DNA of 64,000 bases from Naegleria gruberi (taxonomy: Eukaryota). A program made the position numbers and the translations under genes. The notes beneath the pieces are model-generated. The model ran no database searches and was not told the DNA's origin. It saw only the letters and a program-made list of their open reading frames with translations. Positions 34,093-45,247 of the stretch are shown one piece after another. Position 1 is the stretch's first letter, and each line of letters begins with the position of its first letter. The stretch is taken from assembly GCA_000004985.1 (NCBI GenBank), contig GG738866.1; one strand, 5' to 3'.

Positions 34093-34801
34093 TTCTAAAA
34101 TAAATATATTTAAAAATGATAACAAAATTATAATAATAATAAATAAATATTTCAAAATAAGATAATTTTTCTCTCTTCAAAAATTTAATATTGTGTGTTG
34201 TGTTGTGATGATGGAAGGTTTTGTTTTCAACTCGCTTCTATAACTTGGAGAAAGAGAATTGATGATGAGCAAGTGTGTGAAACGTTTTTTTCTTCTTCGA
34301 TCCTCGCCGATTGTTTTGTGAAAACTCCGAGGAGAGAGTTTTGCAAAGGATGAACAAGTTTGGGAGTGAGACCAATTTGAAATACAAACAAGAAAGTGCA
34401 GAAGTTTTCAATTCCAATTCAATTGAAGTATTTTCTTTCTCAGAAACATGAAATATTGAGTTTTTCAATATTTTCATTTAAATTCATCACATACATGGTT
34501 GATTCCTATGATATAAAGTATTCCAAATGAAACTATTTGAAAAGAATAGACTAATGGGATCAGTAAATAGTTCAATAATCTTTTCTTTTTCGAATAGAAA
34601 CTGAACATTACCAGATATTACAAATTTTCGAGAAATTCCTTACATCACTTCTCACCAACAACAAATGTAACTGAACGATTTATTGAATTAACCAATAACG
34701 TTCTTTTGAAAATCATCATGAGACTAATAAGGATCGGAAATAGATGGAGGACATTCTTATTGTAAACTTCTAAAACAATGATGTATTAATAATACAAAAA
34801 A

Positions 34802-36745
34802 ATGCGTCGAAATAAAACCTCACAAGATAAGCAAGATGTAGTGGAGGAGGTGAATGAGGTTGAGAAGGTTGATTCTCAACAAAAAGAAGAGATAATGCAA
34901 GCACCACCACCTGAAAGTAAAGAACAAATTGAGAAGAACCTAGTTGTGGATCATGCTAGAAAGCCTAAAACAGTTGAGGATTTCTTTTTGGAACGTCCAT
35001 CATTATTAACATTTGAAGAGTCGGATTCTGAAGACGAATTGGATTTAAAGAAGAAGAAGAAAGTTAGCTTTGATGGATTTATGAATTTGACAATAATTTT
35101 TCTTGTTGCAGCAGTGATAAGAACAATGATTGATAATTTATCAGAGAGAGGTTTATTATTTCCGAATCTGGGTTTATTACATTGTATAAGTGATGAGTTA
35201 ATTCAAAGATCTTGTGTTGATGTATTAATATTTACATTGACTTATAATTCTGTAATTTATTTGAATAGTTCTTTGAGAATGTATTTATTGCCACTTATTG
35301 GAAAAGATGGATCAATTGTCGACAAGTTAATAACAATTATTGAGACATTGGTGTTTTATGGATCTACATTTTCATATATTGGAATATTTGTAGTGGCAAT
35401 TTTCATCAAGAGACTGTCATTGATGGTGAATATTGTAATCGTTTTCACAATGATGATCTATGGAATGAAAGCATACAGTTATTATGATTATATTAGAAGA
35501 AGAAAGTTTACTTTGAAGAAGGAAGGAAAGAGTGTAAATAGCGACGATGAAAGAAATATTGAAAAACCAACATCTCCAATTTCTCTCTTCAGGGAGTATT
35601 GCTACTTTTTATTTGCTCCAACATTGTGCTTTTTTAGGAGTTATCCAATGACCAATACCATTCGAATTTCTTTCATTCTAAAACAGGTTTTCAGTATTCT
35701 TATCTGTGGACTTGTAGGATGGTTTATATTTATTCAGTATTTGGAACCACTTTTTAGAAATAGTGCCAGTGTTGATCTTACTCCTCCAAGTATTGAGCAT
35801 CTGATCACATTGTTTGAGGAAAACAAAAACAGCTCAACACAGAACATTATTGATGCATTTAGAGGATCTAAATCTGATCAACACTTTCTTAATAATTTAG
35901 GAAAATTTGGATACTTGCTCCTCAAAACCAGTGTGCCTTGGTTTGTTTTGTGGTTGATTCTCAGTTTTGCATTCTTCCACTGCTATCTCAATATTCTTGC
36001 TGAATTATGTTGTTGGGGTGATAGATATTTTTTCAATGATTGGTGGAATGCTCCAGATTTTCAAACATTCTGGAAGAATTGGAATAGACCTGTACATCAA
36101 TGGCTCCTTCGTCACGTTTATCAACCTTCTCTCGGTTCTAATATTTCCAAGCCAATTTCTGTATTCTTTACCTTCTTGACATCAGCAATTCTTCATGAAA
36201 TCTGTATGGCCATGGTGTTCAGAAGCTTGAAACTATACTTTTTCTATGCAATGATTGTACAAGCTCCATTTGTGTTACTTGCTCAATATTTTGGTCAATA
36301 CAAGCCAAGAAAAGAGAAAAAGGATAAACAAAAGGAGTCAGGAATGAAGAAAGTTCCATCACTTTTGCAGCTTCCAGCAAAAGCTGAAGAAAAATTCAAA
36401 GAACTTGAAAGAAGAATATTGGAATTTAAATCTGATGTTGAAAAGAAATTGAAATCAAGAAAAAGCAAGAACTTTTTAAATAGACTTGGTAATACTTCAA
36501 TGTGGATATCACTATTCCTTGGTCAACCATTACTATGCTTTGCTTACTTCCAAGTTTTTTATAGCTCTGAAAGTATGATTTGTGATGTAAGAAATAACAA
36601 GTATGGATATGGATTGGTATTTGATAGATGGTCTGATTCCTTCTCCAACGGAACCATTTCAAATATTGGTAATAGACTCATTGATGGAGAATGGAAAATA
36701 ATATTGGATCAATTATTTTCCATTGTTACAGCAGCTTTGTTGTAA
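34802..36745 (+). CDS. MBOAT-family acyl-CoA:diacylglycerol/sterol O-acyltransferase (DGAT1/ACAT-like).
   Basis: Acidic N-terminus, multiple TM helices, CCWGDRYFFNDWWNAPDFQTFWKNWNRPVHQWLLRHVYQP...LTSAILHE (FYxDWWN ... HEY-type MBOAT signature). C-terminal K/E-rich extension. Confidence 0.75.
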   Translation: MRRNKTSQDKQDVVEEVNEVEKVDSQQKEEIMQAPPPESKEQIEKNLVVDHARKPKTVEDFFLERPSLLTFEESDSEDELDLKKKKKVSFDGFMNLTIIFLVAAVIRTMIDNLSERGLLFPNLGLLHCISDELIQRSCVDVLIFTLTYNSVIYLNSSLRMYLLPLIGKDGSIVDKLITIIETLVFYGSTFSYIGIFVVAIFIKRLSLMVNIVIVFTMMIYGMKAYSYYDYIRRRKFTLKKEGKSVNSDDERNIEKPTSPISLFREYCYFLFAPTLCFFRSYPMTNTIRISFILKQVFSILICGLVGWFIFIQYLEPLFRNSASVDLTPPSIEHLITLFEENKNSSTQNIIDAFRGSKSDQHFLNNLGKFGYLLLKTSVPWFVLWLILSFAFFHCYLNILAELCCWGDRYFFNDWWNAPDFQTFWKNWNRPVHQWLLRHVYQPSLGSNISKPISVFFTFLTSAILHEICMAMVFRSLKLYFFYAMIVQAPFVLLAQYFGQYKPRKEKKDKQKESGMKKVPSLLQLPAKAEEKFKELERRILEFKSDVEKKLKSRKSKNFLNRLGNTSMWISLFLGQPLLCFAYFQVFYSSESMICDVRNNKYGYGLVFDRWSDSFSNGTISNIGNRLIDGEWKIILDQLFSIVTAALL

Positions 36746-36779
36746 ATAATTTAATATAATAATTTAATTGGAAATGTGG

Positions 36780-39036
36780 CTAGTTCAACTCTTGACTTTC
36801 TTCATCTGTTGGAGTCTCATCACCACCATACGAAGGAGTAGAGGCAGAAACTCCATCACTTTCTGATAAATAGGTTGCACTCTTTGATTTAAATGAAATG
36901 TGACCCTTAATTCCTGTACTCACTGGTGGGAATTCATTACTTCTTTCTCTCAAACTGTATGGCAACAATTCGTACAGTTTCTGATCTCCATCGATACCTT
37001 TGAGAGTGAATTCTCCCAATGGTCTAACAACTGGAGGCATAATTTCACCACCAACAATTAAATCATGCAAATTATGCTTGATGAGCTCATAGATATTATC
37101 GTGAATAATAATTTGACCTCCGTTGGCAGCACTTGCAACTCTGGCACTCAAATTTACAGAATTACCAAAGTAATCCAATTTACCAACGTTATCCTTATGT
37201 ACATCAGGATTACAGATTGCTGTTCCCATTCTAACACGCACTCCTCTAAAGATAATGTTACCAAACTTGTCAACTTTGAATGCAGTTTCTTTGAAATTCA
37301 TTACATTAGTTGGCCAATCCAATTTCATCAATTCACTTTGAGATCTCAACATCCATCTAATAGCATTCAAATAATCCTTAAAGGCAACCATGAAACTGTC
37401 ACCTTGAGTTTTGATTTCATATCCTTGATATTCTTCCAATAATTTTCTCAGCAAGACATTGTGCAAATTGAGTGAAATTTTCATATCTTCTGTTGCTTCA
37501 CTCCATAACTTGGTGGATTCTTGAATATCTGTGAAAATAATTGGGAATTCTCCATCTTTTGCAGTTGGAGCATAGGCAATAACCTTATTTCTCTTTCTAA
37601 TGTGAGATCTCCATCCACATGCAATGCCAATTATAATCAATACACCAATTATTAAGGCAACTCCCAATACTGACACGAGAACTGCAATAATGACAACAGT
37701 GTTATCAACTTTACCAGTACAAATGAATACTGTTTCCTTCACTTGATCATAACAAAAGTTAACTCGCTGGTGAATATAGCCGAGTGCAGAGAAATCACCA
37801 AATACTGATGCAGTCTTACTAGATTTAACGTCATTACTCAATGAGATATAAGCTTGCTCAACAAATTCATTAGTATATGCTCCAATACCATAACTGGCAT
37901 TTGGAATGATTTGGAATTGGGTGGAAATGTCAATAGACTGTTTAGCTATTGTGGAATTGACAATACCCATTCCATCAACTTCTGCTGGCCATATGAGAGA
38001 ATTTACTTCACGCATCATCCACTGTTGATGGTATGTCTGATCTGGAAGAACGTTAATACACTTATCTTCATTATCACGACAGAATATCCATCCCATAATG
38101 ATAGACTTTATGAGACGAATAACAATATTTCTATTCTTTGTTGGATTAGCATTAAACCAGTCCATATTCATCATGAGACCATCTTCATACATTTGAGTCC
38201 CTTCTTCATTGAATCCCATCACATTAAAATCATTGAGTGTATACAGATCTGTCTTACTGTCTGTTTTTAACTTTTCCAGTAATTGAGCAAGTTCATTGTA
38301 AACCATAGCCATAATCACATCGTATCTGTCTGGTTGTGTGATTAGAGGAAGTGCAGAGTATGATTGTTGTCTCATGCTGAGCTCCGATTCTGGATTGATA
38401 TTGTACTTTCTCATGGTTGCTTTCAATGAATATCTATTCCATCATGTTATTTTGATCACTCAAGAATTCCTTGATCAGAATACTTACTCATAACCAGACC
38501 AATAACCGATATTCTTATCTTTGAATTGTGGAAATTTAGTAATCCCAGACTTTTTAGTGCTCACCATAACAGTTGCAGATCGTTTAAAGTGTTGAAACAC
38601 GTCCACAAGATTGACACCATCAATGGCTCTTGCTACTAACATTCTAGAGAAGAGAATAACTGCAAACTGTGCAGAACCTGATTTAATGTTCTCTATTGGA
38701 TCAACACCAGCTCCTCCTTTATATAATTGTGATAATTAAAATAATGTTAAGGAACATTGATTAGTATGCAAGTTAGTACGACCCATATAAAATTAAAAAC
38801 ATACCTTGCTTAATAATAACATTGAGACATTCATTCTCAAAGTATCCCATCTCCTTTGCAGCTATAAAACCTGCATACTGTGCTTGAAAAACCCATCCCA
38901 ACTGTATGGCCACTGTATCCGTCCCGTTGGGGCAAGAAATTGCTGTAGTTCTTGTAATGAGATGTGCCAAACACAACAAGAGAAGTGAGAGTGTCAGCAA
39001 GAAGTGTCTGTTATGTGTTGAGTAGATGATTTTCAT
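36780..39036 (-). CDS. Receptor-type class III nucleotidyl (adenylate/guanylate) cyclase: signal peptide, SsuA/NMT1-like solute-binding ectodomain, TM helix, cyclase domain. Exons 38805..39036, 38488..38716, 36780..38433 (introns 88 and 54 nt).
   Basis: Ectodomain: MKIIYSTHNRHFLLTLSLLLLCLA...VAIQLGWVFQAQYAGFIAAKEMGYFENECLNVIIKQ|GGAGVDPIENIKSGSAQFAVI... TM helix: VIIAVLVSVLGVALIIGVLIIIGIACGW. Cyclase domain: FTDIQESTKLW..GYEIKTQGDSFMVAF...RVRMGTAICNP...GKLDYFGNSVNLSARVASAANGGQI. Confidence 0.7.
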
Positions 39037-39900
39037 GTTGTTTTGTGTTGAATTAATGTGAAATGTGTTAAGAATCACAATTTCCTTTCTGTTTTGTGTG
39101 TTCTTATTGTTTTTTGAAGTGTAAAGATATTTACTTTGCTTGTTTTCCCTTAAGGGGCAAAGTTTAAGGTGGGACAAGTTTAAATTTCCACTAAATTTAC
39201 ATACGGCAGCAGCTAAAGACGCGTGTTGGAATAATGGGTGAATACCACCAGCTATAATTACTGTGAACAAAATGGCAGTAAAAGACGAAGTGCTACAAGC
39301 CCTATTTCAACACCAAATGCTTTAATTGATGGTAGTACGGCCTTTGTTGGATAAACAAGTTCTTGGTAATTGGATGAACATTAGAGGTTGAGGAGGCTCT
39401 AAATGGGAAAAATACAAACATTTGGGCATCTTGTAGGTATTTGTTAGAATATATTCTTTTCATTCAATATATGGTATGTCGTTTACTAGTTAAAGTCCTC
39501 ACTAGTATGTTAGTGAAGGTTGGAATGGTGAATTCTATGAATGAATAAAATCCTTGTTGGTTCGTTCAACTTGTTGTTTACTCCTGTTTCGGCACGTGCC
39601 GAGGTGAGGGTGATTGAAGAGTGTTAATTATTGTTTTTTTTATTGACGTTTAGTTTTGGCGTCCTAGTATTGTTTGAATAATACTATGGATTCAACACTA
39701 ATAGTAGTCGTCCTGATGATGATTATTTGTTTCGCTGCCGATATATATAGTGATCCAATAGAGTTTTTTCCATAATATTTCCACAACCAAGTCCAATCCG
39801 TCTCTAGATTATTTATTTGAATTTAATTTGTGTTTCCGCGCTTTACATTGAAAACTCTTTTCCAAATTATTTATATATAAGGTACAAATCCAATATCTAT

Positions 39901-41060
39901 TTACCAATTGTTATTTGGTGGTCCATTATGACCAATATCTCTTCTTCCCATGTTTCCACTACGATCATTTGGTCCACTATAGTGAGGAGGGCTACCACCA
40001 GGATGAGCATCTTGGTGTGGAGGACTTCTATAACCGCCTCTATAACCACCTCTGTTGTAATTTCCTTGTGGAGGAACTCTGCTATATGGTTCATATCTTT
40101 GTTGAGAACCATAGTATGGTCTGTCTCTTCCATTGTTGTGTGGATAATTGGAAGGAGGATATGGGTCGTGATGGTGGTGATATGGTGGTGGTCCATTGCT
40201 TGGTGGTGGTCCATCCATTGGTCCCATTCCGTATGGTGGTGGGTTATAAGGTGGTGATCTTCCTCCATTACCTCCATAAGGTGGATGATGCATACCTCCA
40301 CGATGATAGCCTCCTCTTCTCATTGGTGGTCCATTGTTGAATCTTCCTCCATTGTTAAATCCTCCGCCTCTTCTTGGTCCTCCTCTAAATCTTCCTCTCA
40401 TTCCTCCTCTACTTGGTGGTATTCCCAACTCCTTTTTCTTATCTTTTCCTATATCATAGTCAACTCTCCACGATAAACCTTCTTGAGGTGGTTGATCTCC
40501 AATAAATCCGTCCTTGACAGCTAGAAATGCCTTCTCCGCAGCGTCTCTTTCATGGAATGTAATAAAACAATATCCTAAAGGCTGACCGCCTGAATATCCG
40601 ACCTTAACATCAACAACTTCTCCAAAGCGTTCGAAAACTCTTCGTAAATCCATATCATTGTAGTGAAATGGTATTCCTCCCAACCACAATGTTTTAGTTT
40701 CCTTTTTGGCTTGATCCAAAACTTCCTCGCTACAAGTCCGTCACCAAATAATTATACAAAATAAATTATTAGTAAATAAATATAAAATTATGAGAGGAAA
40801 CGTCTTCATCTTCTTACCTTGGTGGTGGTCTGGCATCAAAATCTTGTGGAGGTTGATCACCGTATGGTTGTCTCATATCAGGTGGTGAAAGTGGTACACC
40901 TCCAGGAACCATATCCATTGGTGGATGTCCATGATATGGTGGAGGAACTAACCCTCCAGGTGAAAGTGGTGGTGGTGATCTTCCGTGTTGTTGGCTCTGA
41001 AAATTTCCAACGAAAGAAGCATATTATCAGCATTAGAATCATTCAAATTGCACTTACCAT
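39901..41060 (-). CDS. RRM-domain RNA-binding protein with a P-rich N-terminus and RGG/PY-rich C-terminus. Exons 41058..41060 (ATG only, tentative), 40818..40996, 39901..40729.
   Basis: RRM: TLWLGGIPFHYNDMDLRRVFERFGEVVDVKVGY...GYCFITFHERDAAEKAF. C-terminal RGGMRGRFRGGPRRGGGFNNGGRF...PPYGG... Intron 2 (40730..40817, GTAAGA..AG) is solid. The ATG-only first exon followed by a GTAAGT..TTTTCAG intron (40997..41057) is an inference. Confidence 0.6.
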
Positions 41061-41240
41061 TTTTTTTTTGTTTTTTTAAAAACTTTACAATGAGAAGTTT
41101 TTTGTCTCATTTTTAAACCTTTTCATTACAAAAACAACCTCATGATGAATTCTTGGGAAGGTGAGATGAATTGTTGAAGGATAGTGATGAGTTTTTGTGG
41201 TGGAAACATAAAATGGATATCGATGAGTTTTTCATTCAAT

Positions 41241-42365
41241 TTATTGAATAATCATGTTAGGAGAAAATGTCATGGCACTGCTAATGAGTTGTAAACGAGG
41301 TGCATTTTCAGCGTTTCCGATATTGTTTCCACTAATATTAAGTGCTTTTAGTTTATCAAGAATGGTGCTGGAAGTGAGTTTGTATGCAACTTCTTGAGTA
41401 ATTGAGCACATGCTCAAATCAAGAACTTGTAGGGATGGAAATGGATTTGATACTCGGGACACTTGAATGAAACTTTCGAATGATTCGCCAATAGAGTTAC
41501 AAGAAAGACATAACATTCTTAGTTCTGTAATGTGTTTGCACTTTGCTAATGGCTCAATATTTGAAATGTTATTCGATCTCAGATTGAGAATCCTCAAATT
41601 TACAAGTTGCGAATTTTCTGCAAACTCTTTTAGCCCATTATCATTTAACTTACAATTACTTAAATCTAAATGGGTTAGATTTTTAAGGTTTTTGCACAAC
41701 TCTGCAACATTTCCAATAGGATTGTCATTGATAGATAAATCAGTTAACTGACTCAATTTGTTTGAAATATTGACAATTGCTTCTCCTCCCATAAAGGCTG
41801 AATTTTTTGAAATGTCCAATTTGGTTAAATGAACCATGGTGCTACATAGGTATTTCACTCCAATATTTCCAACATTATTATTTCGAATAGATAATGATCT
41901 AAGTGATTCAGCAATATCTTGATTCACTGAAATTAATCTCATAGCTACATCATCAATAGAACACGAGTTCAGATTCAACTCTTCTAATTGTTTAAACTTG
42001 GATGTTGTCCCCAAAAAACTTGCTCCAGTTCTATGAATCATGTTATTTTGTAGGTTCAAGCTTTTTAAATTTGGAAAACCATCACAATTACATAAGGCTT
42101 CTATTACTTCCTTCGTTAAATTATTTTCCGATAGATTTAGGCTCGTTAATTTAAGGAGATGATTTTTGCTACTCTTCAACATGAGGGACAACCTCTGGAT
42201 ACCAATTCTCTTCTTAAAAGATAAATCCAGTGAGAGAGGTACGCTTAGAGAAATCCTAAAAAATGTTTTGGAAACTCGCATCACTCTGATCCGATCAATA
42301 GAATCAATAAATTCCAATATGCAATAAATCATATCATCTGGAATGTATGTGGTTAGTTGAGCCAT
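41241..42365 (-). CDS. F-box-like / RNI-type leucine-rich-repeat protein.
   Basis: N-terminal IPDDMIYCILEFIDSIDRIRVMRVSKTFFRI (F-box-like), followed by about 10 RNI-like LRRs (LxxLxLSxNxIGxxG...). Confidence 0.6.
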   Translation of the reverse strand: MAQLTTYIPDDMIYCILEFIDSIDRIRVMRVSKTFFRISLSVPLSLDLSFKKRIGIQRLSLMLKSSKNHLLKLTSLNLSENNLTKEVIEALCNCDGFPNLKSLNLQNNMIHRTGASFLGTTSKFKQLEELNLNSCSIDDVAMRLISVNQDIAESLRSLSIRNNNVGNIGVKYLCSTMVHLTKLDISKNSAFMGGEAIVNISNKLSQLTDLSINDNPIGNVAELCKNLKNLTHLDLSNCKLNDNGLKEFAENSQLVNLRILNLRSNNISNIEPLAKCKHITELRMLCLSCNSIGESFESFIQVSRVSNPFPSLQVLDLSMCSITQEVAYKLTSSTILDKLKALNISGNNIGNAENAPRLQLISSAMTFSPNMIIQ

Positions 42366-42482
42366 TTTTTTTGTGATGTCATAAATGGTGGTGTTTTGTA
42401 AAACAACGTGTGAACTTAAAATTAGGATTTGGTGATGATTTTCGCATAAAAATTCTCTACAAGGATTCTTTAATTAAAAATT

Positions 42483-42555
42483 TGCCGACACCAGGGATCG
42501 AACCAGGGACCTTAAGATCTTCAGTCTTACGCTCTCCCAACTGAGCTATGTCGGC
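42483..42555 (-). tRNA. tRNA-Phe (anticodon GAA), 73 nt, no intron.
   Basis: The minus-strand sequence GCCGACATAGCTCAGTTGGGAGAGCGTAAGACTGAAGATCTTAAGGTCCCTGGTTCGATCCCTGGTGTCGGCA folds into a cloverleaf: 7-bp acceptor stem, D-arm AGCTCAGTTGGGAGAGC, anticodon loop CTGAAGA, T-loop TTCGATC. One U:U mismatch in the T-stem. Confidence 0.85.
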
Positions 42556-42725
42556 TTCTCATCATTTGTCATTAACTAAATATCATTGACCAATTTGCAT
42601 AACTACGGAATTCTTATCAACAGAATTCGTAATTGCATATCAATAAATGTATCGTGTAGCTAAACGTTTTCAAGATATTACACAATTGAAATTTTAAAGA
42701 ATATTAAAAAATCAAGATCAAAAAA

Positions 42726-44195
42726 ATGGTTTTCAATACCTCTTCGACAAACTCTTCTAGCAACAATAACAACACTTCCGAACAAAACAACTCTAATTCC
42801 AATTTTACAAATCCAACTTTTAATGTCAACACTAACGAAAAACAAGAATCACTTTTTAATGCTCTTACTAATTTGAATAACCAATTTCTTAAGCTAAATA
42901 CGAATCCGACGTTGAACTTGCCAATTAATTTTCCAACCGTTTCCTCAACATTGGTCAGTGAAAATCCTTTGAATTCATCAGCTACTGAGAACACTCATGG
43001 GGTTGAATCAATTTCAGTAAACAGATTTCCTAGGTTTAAAGTTACTACATGCAAAGACAATAATGGATTGTCTGGTATTCTATTAAACTATTATTCCATC
43101 ATATCAATGCCAGAGTATAAAGAGAGATCATTTGAGGAATGGAGATGGCTTTACACACTTTCTTCTCAAGGTAAACTCACTTTTGATCCATTCCGTAATC
43201 AAGAAATAGGAAGCAGAAATGGCACCATTAAGAGTGACTCTTTCAAAAGTTGGAAATTCAATGAAACAAATACGAAACCTGCCTTTTCTAGTTTTAGTTT
43301 TTTTAACAATTCCACTCCTCAAATCAATGCAGGAGTTATGACTATTAGTAGTAGCCATTTTCACACTTTTGATATGCAATTCTCTGATTTAGATATTGAT
43401 ATTTATGAAGGTGATAAGCTTTTTGGAAGTATTGATACACATAGAGTGCTAGTTAGCAATCAAAGCAAAGTTCTTTCTAATATGATTACAACTAAATGTA
43501 AAAAGAGAAATGAAAAATATGTATTGGAATTGAATACCTCAATGTTTGGAGATAGACTGGGGAAAATTAGTGGAGCATTGTTATACACTTCTATCAAATC
43601 AATAGTTACAAGCGTAAATGTGCATATTGATGATTTCCTTCAAGTATTTCTAATAGTAGACTATTATCAATCAATAACAATTGGTAGATTGTCCAATACT
43701 ATGACTGCAGCACTAAAATCATCAGAAAGTGTGGCCAGATCTTTCATCAAGAGTTTTGGTACCTCTTATTTCAATATTTCACAATCAGAAAATATTCAAA
43801 CTTTGTTTACACTTTTTAGAGAAGCATTCCGTACTTTGATGGTTGGTACCGAACTCGAAAATGAGCACATATTCAAAATGATGAGTAAAGATATGTTCCT
43901 TGATGGCCTCATTCATTCTGAATGCAAAGAAATCACAACATTATTGAAGGTTATTGACTGCTGGGCTAGTTCAAATTTGAACTTTTCTGCACAAGATTCA
44001 ACTTCCCAAGTTTACACATTTCTAGATGTTATCCCAAATGCTCAACCACTTGTTATGATTGGCATTCTTAGCTCTAGCCCATCGGTTTATAGCTTTATCA
44101 ACAATCTTAGCTCCGATTGGAAATTGAAACTCATCAACAAGTACGTCTTGGTCCTTAATAACAATTCTAGCAAAATTTCACATGATGAAAAATGA
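42726..44195 (+). CDS. BTB/POZ-domain protein with an N-rich low-complexity N-terminus.
   Basis: SDLDIDIYEGDKLFGSIDTHRVLVSNQSKVLSNMI...KYVLELNTSMFGDRLGKISGALLYTSIKSIVTSVNVHIDDFLQVFLIVDYYQ (BTB fold pattern). Poly-N/S N-terminus. Confidence 0.5.
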   Translation: MVFNTSSTNSSSNNNNTSEQNNSNSNFTNPTFNVNTNEKQESLFNALTNLNNQFLKLNTNPTLNLPINFPTVSSTLVSENPLNSSATENTHGVESISVNRFPRFKVTTCKDNNGLSGILLNYYSIISMPEYKERSFEEWRWLYTLSSQGKLTFDPFRNQEIGSRNGTIKSDSFKSWKFNETNTKPAFSSFSFFNNSTPQINAGVMTISSSHFHTFDMQFSDLDIDIYEGDKLFGSIDTHRVLVSNQSKVLSNMITTKCKKRNEKYVLELNTSMFGDRLGKISGALLYTSIKSIVTSVNVHIDDFLQVFLIVDYYQSITIGRLSNTMTAALKSSESVARSFIKSFGTSYFNISQSENIQTLFTLFREAFRTLMVGTELENEHIFKMMSKDMFLDGLIHSECKEITTLLKVIDCWASSNLNFSAQDSTSQVYTFLDVIPNAQPLVMIGILSSSPSVYSFINNLSSDWKLKLINKYVLVLNNNSSKISHDEK

Positions 44196-44644
44196 TGACA
44201 GCTATGTCAATAAAATAGATAAAAGTGTGCAAATCAACCCTTCAATAATTCCATTATGATCTATTTTTCCACTCATGTTGGTAATTGGGGCGACATTAAG
44301 CTTGCTTCGTTTAATTATAAAGTAGTGCCGATTTGCTAACATGTAGGGCCGAAAATCTCCCGATCCATTAAAAACAAACTTTTTAGCACAGAACACTCAA
44401 ACTCATGTTCTAACCAGTTTCTCTTTCTTTTTTATAATATTAATTATTTCTTTCAACCAGAGAGTCAGGTCCAGATACAAGAGTGTATTTTACAACCACC
44501 TCTGTAATCTTTGAGAACCATTTTTGTCCTTATTTGAACAATTTTCGAACGCCTTGAAACGCCTTCAGTCGCCAAAGGTTTAAAGCACAACAAACAACCT
44601 CTCAAACCCTTAAACCAAACAATAAAAAAAAACAACGACAAACA

Positions 44645-45036
44645 ATGAGCATGCATAAACTCACCCAATCTTATTTCTGTAAGTGGTCTCATTGATGAGC
44701 GAGTTCACCAACTGACTTTTTCTAAACGATTTTATCTGTTATTGCACCACCTCACAACATCTTAATATTTATACCTTAATATCTTGTTTTTGATCGCAAA
44801 TAGTCTACAAGCCTCAAATCTGGATCCTTGGTGTTGCCCTCTTGGGTGCTGGTAGTGTGATGCACCTCAAGGTATTGGAAAATGGTCAAGGACGTGCTTT
44901 CCAAGAACGTAGACTTCAACCACCAACTGATGAATTCCAAAAGAGACATTGTCTCAGACCAGGTGAAAATAAGGATGCTGTTTATGGTGTCGATTTTGCT
45001 CCTTCAACACACATTTACTTCCCAAAGAAGGAATAA
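44645..45036 (+). CDS. Small (about 88-aa) single-pass membrane protein, possibly a mitochondrial respiratory-complex accessory subunit. Exons 44645..44678 and 44804..45036 (125-nt intron).
   Basis: MSMHKLTQSYF|FYKPQIWILGVALLGAGSVMHLKVLENGQGRAFQERRLQPPTDEFQKRHCLRPGENKDAVYGVDFAPSTHIYFPKKE. GTAAGT donor, AG acceptor, and the phases fit. No confident family assignment. Confidence 0.4.
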
Positions 45037-45247
45037 ACACATTGTATCATATTTTGTAATCTCTCGTTCCGTATCTTTGATTAGCCCGCCATTGAGCGAA
45101 AACGCAGTTCATAAAAAATTGGTGCATGAAAGTAACATCATTGTGAACGTGTGATCATATCAACAACTGTTATTTCCTCAAATCATCATTGATTTCAAGA
45201 CAATTATTAAACAAAATAATAGATTCATTCCAGCAGCATTACACAAT

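Noticed and set aside
39817-40476. Plus-strand ORFs 39817..40257, 39915..40340, 40285..40476 (W/I/S-rich peptides)
   Set aside because: They are antisense or alternate-frame artefacts of the G/P/Y-rich RRM-protein exon on the minus strand, with no independent coding signal.
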